A DNA stretch of 63,991 nucleotides, filler included, from Octopus bimaculoides (Eukaryota), in the NCBI RefSeq assembly GCF_001194135.2. It is 5 parts of 4 records of this genome, joined end to end, with 100 filler letters (N's around TTAATTAATTAA, not from the genome) between each part and the next. Parts side by side here need not be neighbours in the genome. Positions count along the whole stretch, not along the records: positions 55,707 to 62,662 come from NC_068987.1; positions 62,763 to 63,991 come from NC_069001.1; 3 more parts are not named here. The stretch is one strand, 5' to 3'. The notes beneath the pieces are model-generated. The model searched no databases. It worked only from the letters and a program-made list of their open reading frames with translations, and was not told the origin of the DNA. The position numbers and the translations under genes were made by a program. Below, one piece after another: positions 61,236-63,991 of this stretch; the first letter of the stretch is position 1; each line of letters opens with the position of its first letter.

Positions 61236-61565
61236 TCACTTGCTTCACTCATTAGACTGCAGCCATGCTGGAGCAGCACCTTGTAGGGTCTAGTGAATTA
61301 AATGTAACTTGGACCATTTTTTATTAAGTGTTATACGTATGCTGTCAGTCACTTTTTGCATGACCGCTAATTTATAGGGACGTAAACAACACCAGTGATC
61401 TTGGGATGGTGGGGAACAAATCAAAGACAAAGAGACACATACAATATAAATGACTGGTTTCTTTCTGTTTTTGTCTCCCAAATCCATTCAAAAGGCTTTC
61501 GTTGGCCCAAGTAGGAGACACCCAAGATACAACCCAATGGGACTGAACCTGTGAGTGTACATGAA
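61236..61565 (-). mobile_element. SINE family A, degenerate
   Basis: gactgcagccatgctggagcagcacc tail and gggactgaacc B-box on the reverse strand. Confidence 0.7.
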
Positions 61566-62246
61566 ATATGTAGCAAAGTGTGTTTAATTCCCAATGAGGA
61601 GGAGGCTGGTGTCTTAACAAAATCATAGCGTTACACCTGGAATTTGAGAAAAATCTTGTGTATATTCACTCTTCTACGAACATGAAATTTGCAGCATACA
61701 TATTAACTGGTGTCTTTTTGTGTCTGATAATCCACGTTTTTCCACACTACATAGTATGTATGTATGTATGTATGTATGTATGTATGTATGCATGCATGTA
61801 TGTATGTATGTATGTATGTATGTATGTATGTATGTATGCATGTATGTATGTATGTATGTATGCGTGTACATCAAAACATGTGTATGGAAGTACATATGAA
61901 TGTTTGTATGACTGTAAAATTATATCAAGACAGTCTTAAGCAAATATATTTCTAGTAGGCGGTACTTTATAGTATTTTCTTAGCCGTAAGATAAATAATA
62001 AAACTTTATGCGCTCACTTGCAGTTATTCTCTGAAGTATTTGCACAAACTAGCATTAAAGGAGAAAAAAGAAGCGCAACTGCATCTATATTAGTAAAGGT
62101 ATCAAGTATTTGAAGGTAATCACATATATATATATATGTACATACAACCACCCCAACGCATATATGTATACATATGTGCGTGTATATATATGATGTAAAT
62201 CGCACAAATACGGATGAGGAGGACAATAATAGTAATAATAATAATG

Positions 62247-62285
<39 letters not shown>

Positions 62286-62369
62286 GAGAAAAAAAAAGAA
62301 AAAAGATTTATCGATTCTCAACGAAATTAGTAAACAATCAACACAACTAAGTAACAAGAAGAAAACAAA

Positions 62370-62662
62370 AATACTGTACAGATACAGCATTACAGAAAAA
62401 GACTTACCTGATGCAAAAGAAAAACTAAAGCAAGACATCCTTGCCAAAGCACAAAGGATCCGCCGGTAAGAGAAACGCCAACATTTCTTTGAACAAAACA
62501 AACAGCTCAGATCCAACCCCAAAAAACTCTACCAAGAACTGGGTAAAAATAAAATAGACATTACTGCAGCACTAACAGCAGAAGAACTGGAAGAATTCTG
62601 GAAACAAATATGGTCGGTGAAGCAACAACCCCAGAAAAGGACCATTAAAACAACGAACTTAG
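62370..62662 (+). mobile_element. R4/Dong-like LINE ORF fragment (region N-terminal to RT)
   Basis: LKQDILAKAQRIRR*EKRQHFFEQNKQLRSNPKKLYQELG...EELEEFWKQIW. Confidence 0.65.
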
Positions 62663-62774
62663 NNNNNNNNNNNNNNNNNNNNNNNNNNNNNNNNNNNNNN
62701 NNNNNNTTAATTAATTAANNNNNNNNNNNNNNNNNNNNNNNNNNNNNNNNNNNNNNNNNNNNTATGTATCTCTA

Positions 62775-62858
62775 TCCCCCCCCCCTCACTATCGCTTGAC
62801 AACCGATGCTGCTGCGTTCACGTCCAAGTAACTTGGCGGTTCGGCAAAAGAAACCTCC
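62775..62858 (+). mobile_element. SINE family A, internal fragment
   Basis: atcgcttgacaaccgatgctg...gcggttcggcaaaaga matches 5817-5880. Confidence 0.8.
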
Positions 62859-63991
62859 TCAGGCCCCATAAAGTTTATCGTTGTCATAAGACACACAATA
62901 ATTCGAAATAATATGAAATTTCTTAGAACATGAATTCATAAAAATATTCCCAGGCAGTCAACCCATTAATTATTGCTTTCTTATAGTACTTTTAGTAATT
63001 TTTACATACCTAATTAATAAGCAACTTTTTGCATTGTAGTATAAAGATATGTGTATACATATATTTGGGTGGGTGGGTGGATGGATAGATAGATAGATAG
63101 ATATATAGATAGATAGATAGATAGAGAAAGATACAGAGACAGAATGAGATAGATATACATGTATATACACAACGAACTTCCACACTGTAGCTACCTCTCT
63201 ACTCAACTGGCAACTATAGTTCGGTCAGGGGCCTTTGTATAAGGCACCTGGCGAAGGAGCTATGCCCTGGGATAGAACCTGTTATTACATACTTTTCAAT
63301 CAGTAAGCCATACCTACACCTAAGTCCTCCAAAAGACGGACTTAATGGTGTTTGAAGTCATAGATATATGAGGCAGGATGGAATGGCTGACTGGCTAGCC
63401 TTCGTGCTTCGCAATAGTTCAACCGTGTTTTCCGAAAACATGTCAAATAATTCTATAGATATTGATAGCATGCTGTATGCAAGATATTACAATTCTGTCA
63501 CGAACCTGGTCTGTCATTTCCTTATCCTAACGTTGCACGCATCTAGTCCGTCATTGTTTTTCATTATATCATGGATTCAGGAAAGTTTTATTTTGCACGA
63601 AATACCAAGGTTATGAAATATTTGAAGTTAACAATTTTATATTCATGCTCTCGTTGTTATTGTCATTTAACCATGCAAATTTATTAGTAAACGTTTCTGA
63701 CATACGTTCCATATAATTGTGCATTTCGTATGTGCCTCTGTGTATGTGCATGTGTGTATGAATATATATGGGTATGGCTGTTGGAGTCCATGAATTACCG
63801 TTTCAGAATCCCTTCCATCGCGTATAATTGAATACCATATGATCTTTTAACCTTATCACTGTGTGTCTTACTAATACTTCATCGGAATATCGGGACAGCC
63901 ATGGATGATTTCTTCAATTAAAAAAAATATATATATATATTCCAATTCAGTTTTCATTGAACGAACGCATTCTCACCTTATATACTATATA

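Overview
AT-rich, microsatellite-dense eukaryotic genomic DNA with many N gaps. The repeat families look like those of Octopus (coleoid cephalopod); this is recognition from memory, not a database result. No prokaryotic features, CRISPR arrays or intact multi-exon conserved gene can be supported. Most of the window is a mosaic of tRNA-derived SINEs, RTE and restriction-like-endonuclease (R4/Dong-type) LINE fragments, a Gypsy-type solo LTR, several MITEs (Merlin-, mariner-, hAT-, piggyBac- and foldback-like), Helentron-type HINEs, a 5S rRNA remnant and Penelope-type pieces. Highlights: (1) a TSD-flanked, head-to-head palindromic element that joins a tRNA-like Pol III head to a minimal hammerhead-ribozyme motif (18807-19283), plus a second, nearly intact minimal hammerhead at 60611-60648; (2) an intronless 288-aa Tyr/Trp/Cys/Asn-rich acidic orphan ORF (17518-18384) in a CpG-retaining island, with a plausible promoter, 5' exon and polyA signal; (3) a GC/CpG-rich, hairpin-rich probable first exon at about 42.0-42.7 kb. 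Old repeats left of 31.7 kb show CpG decay and those to the right show less. Four 100-bp N44-TTAATTAATTAA-N44 spacers are assembly artefacts, so contiguity across them is uncertain.
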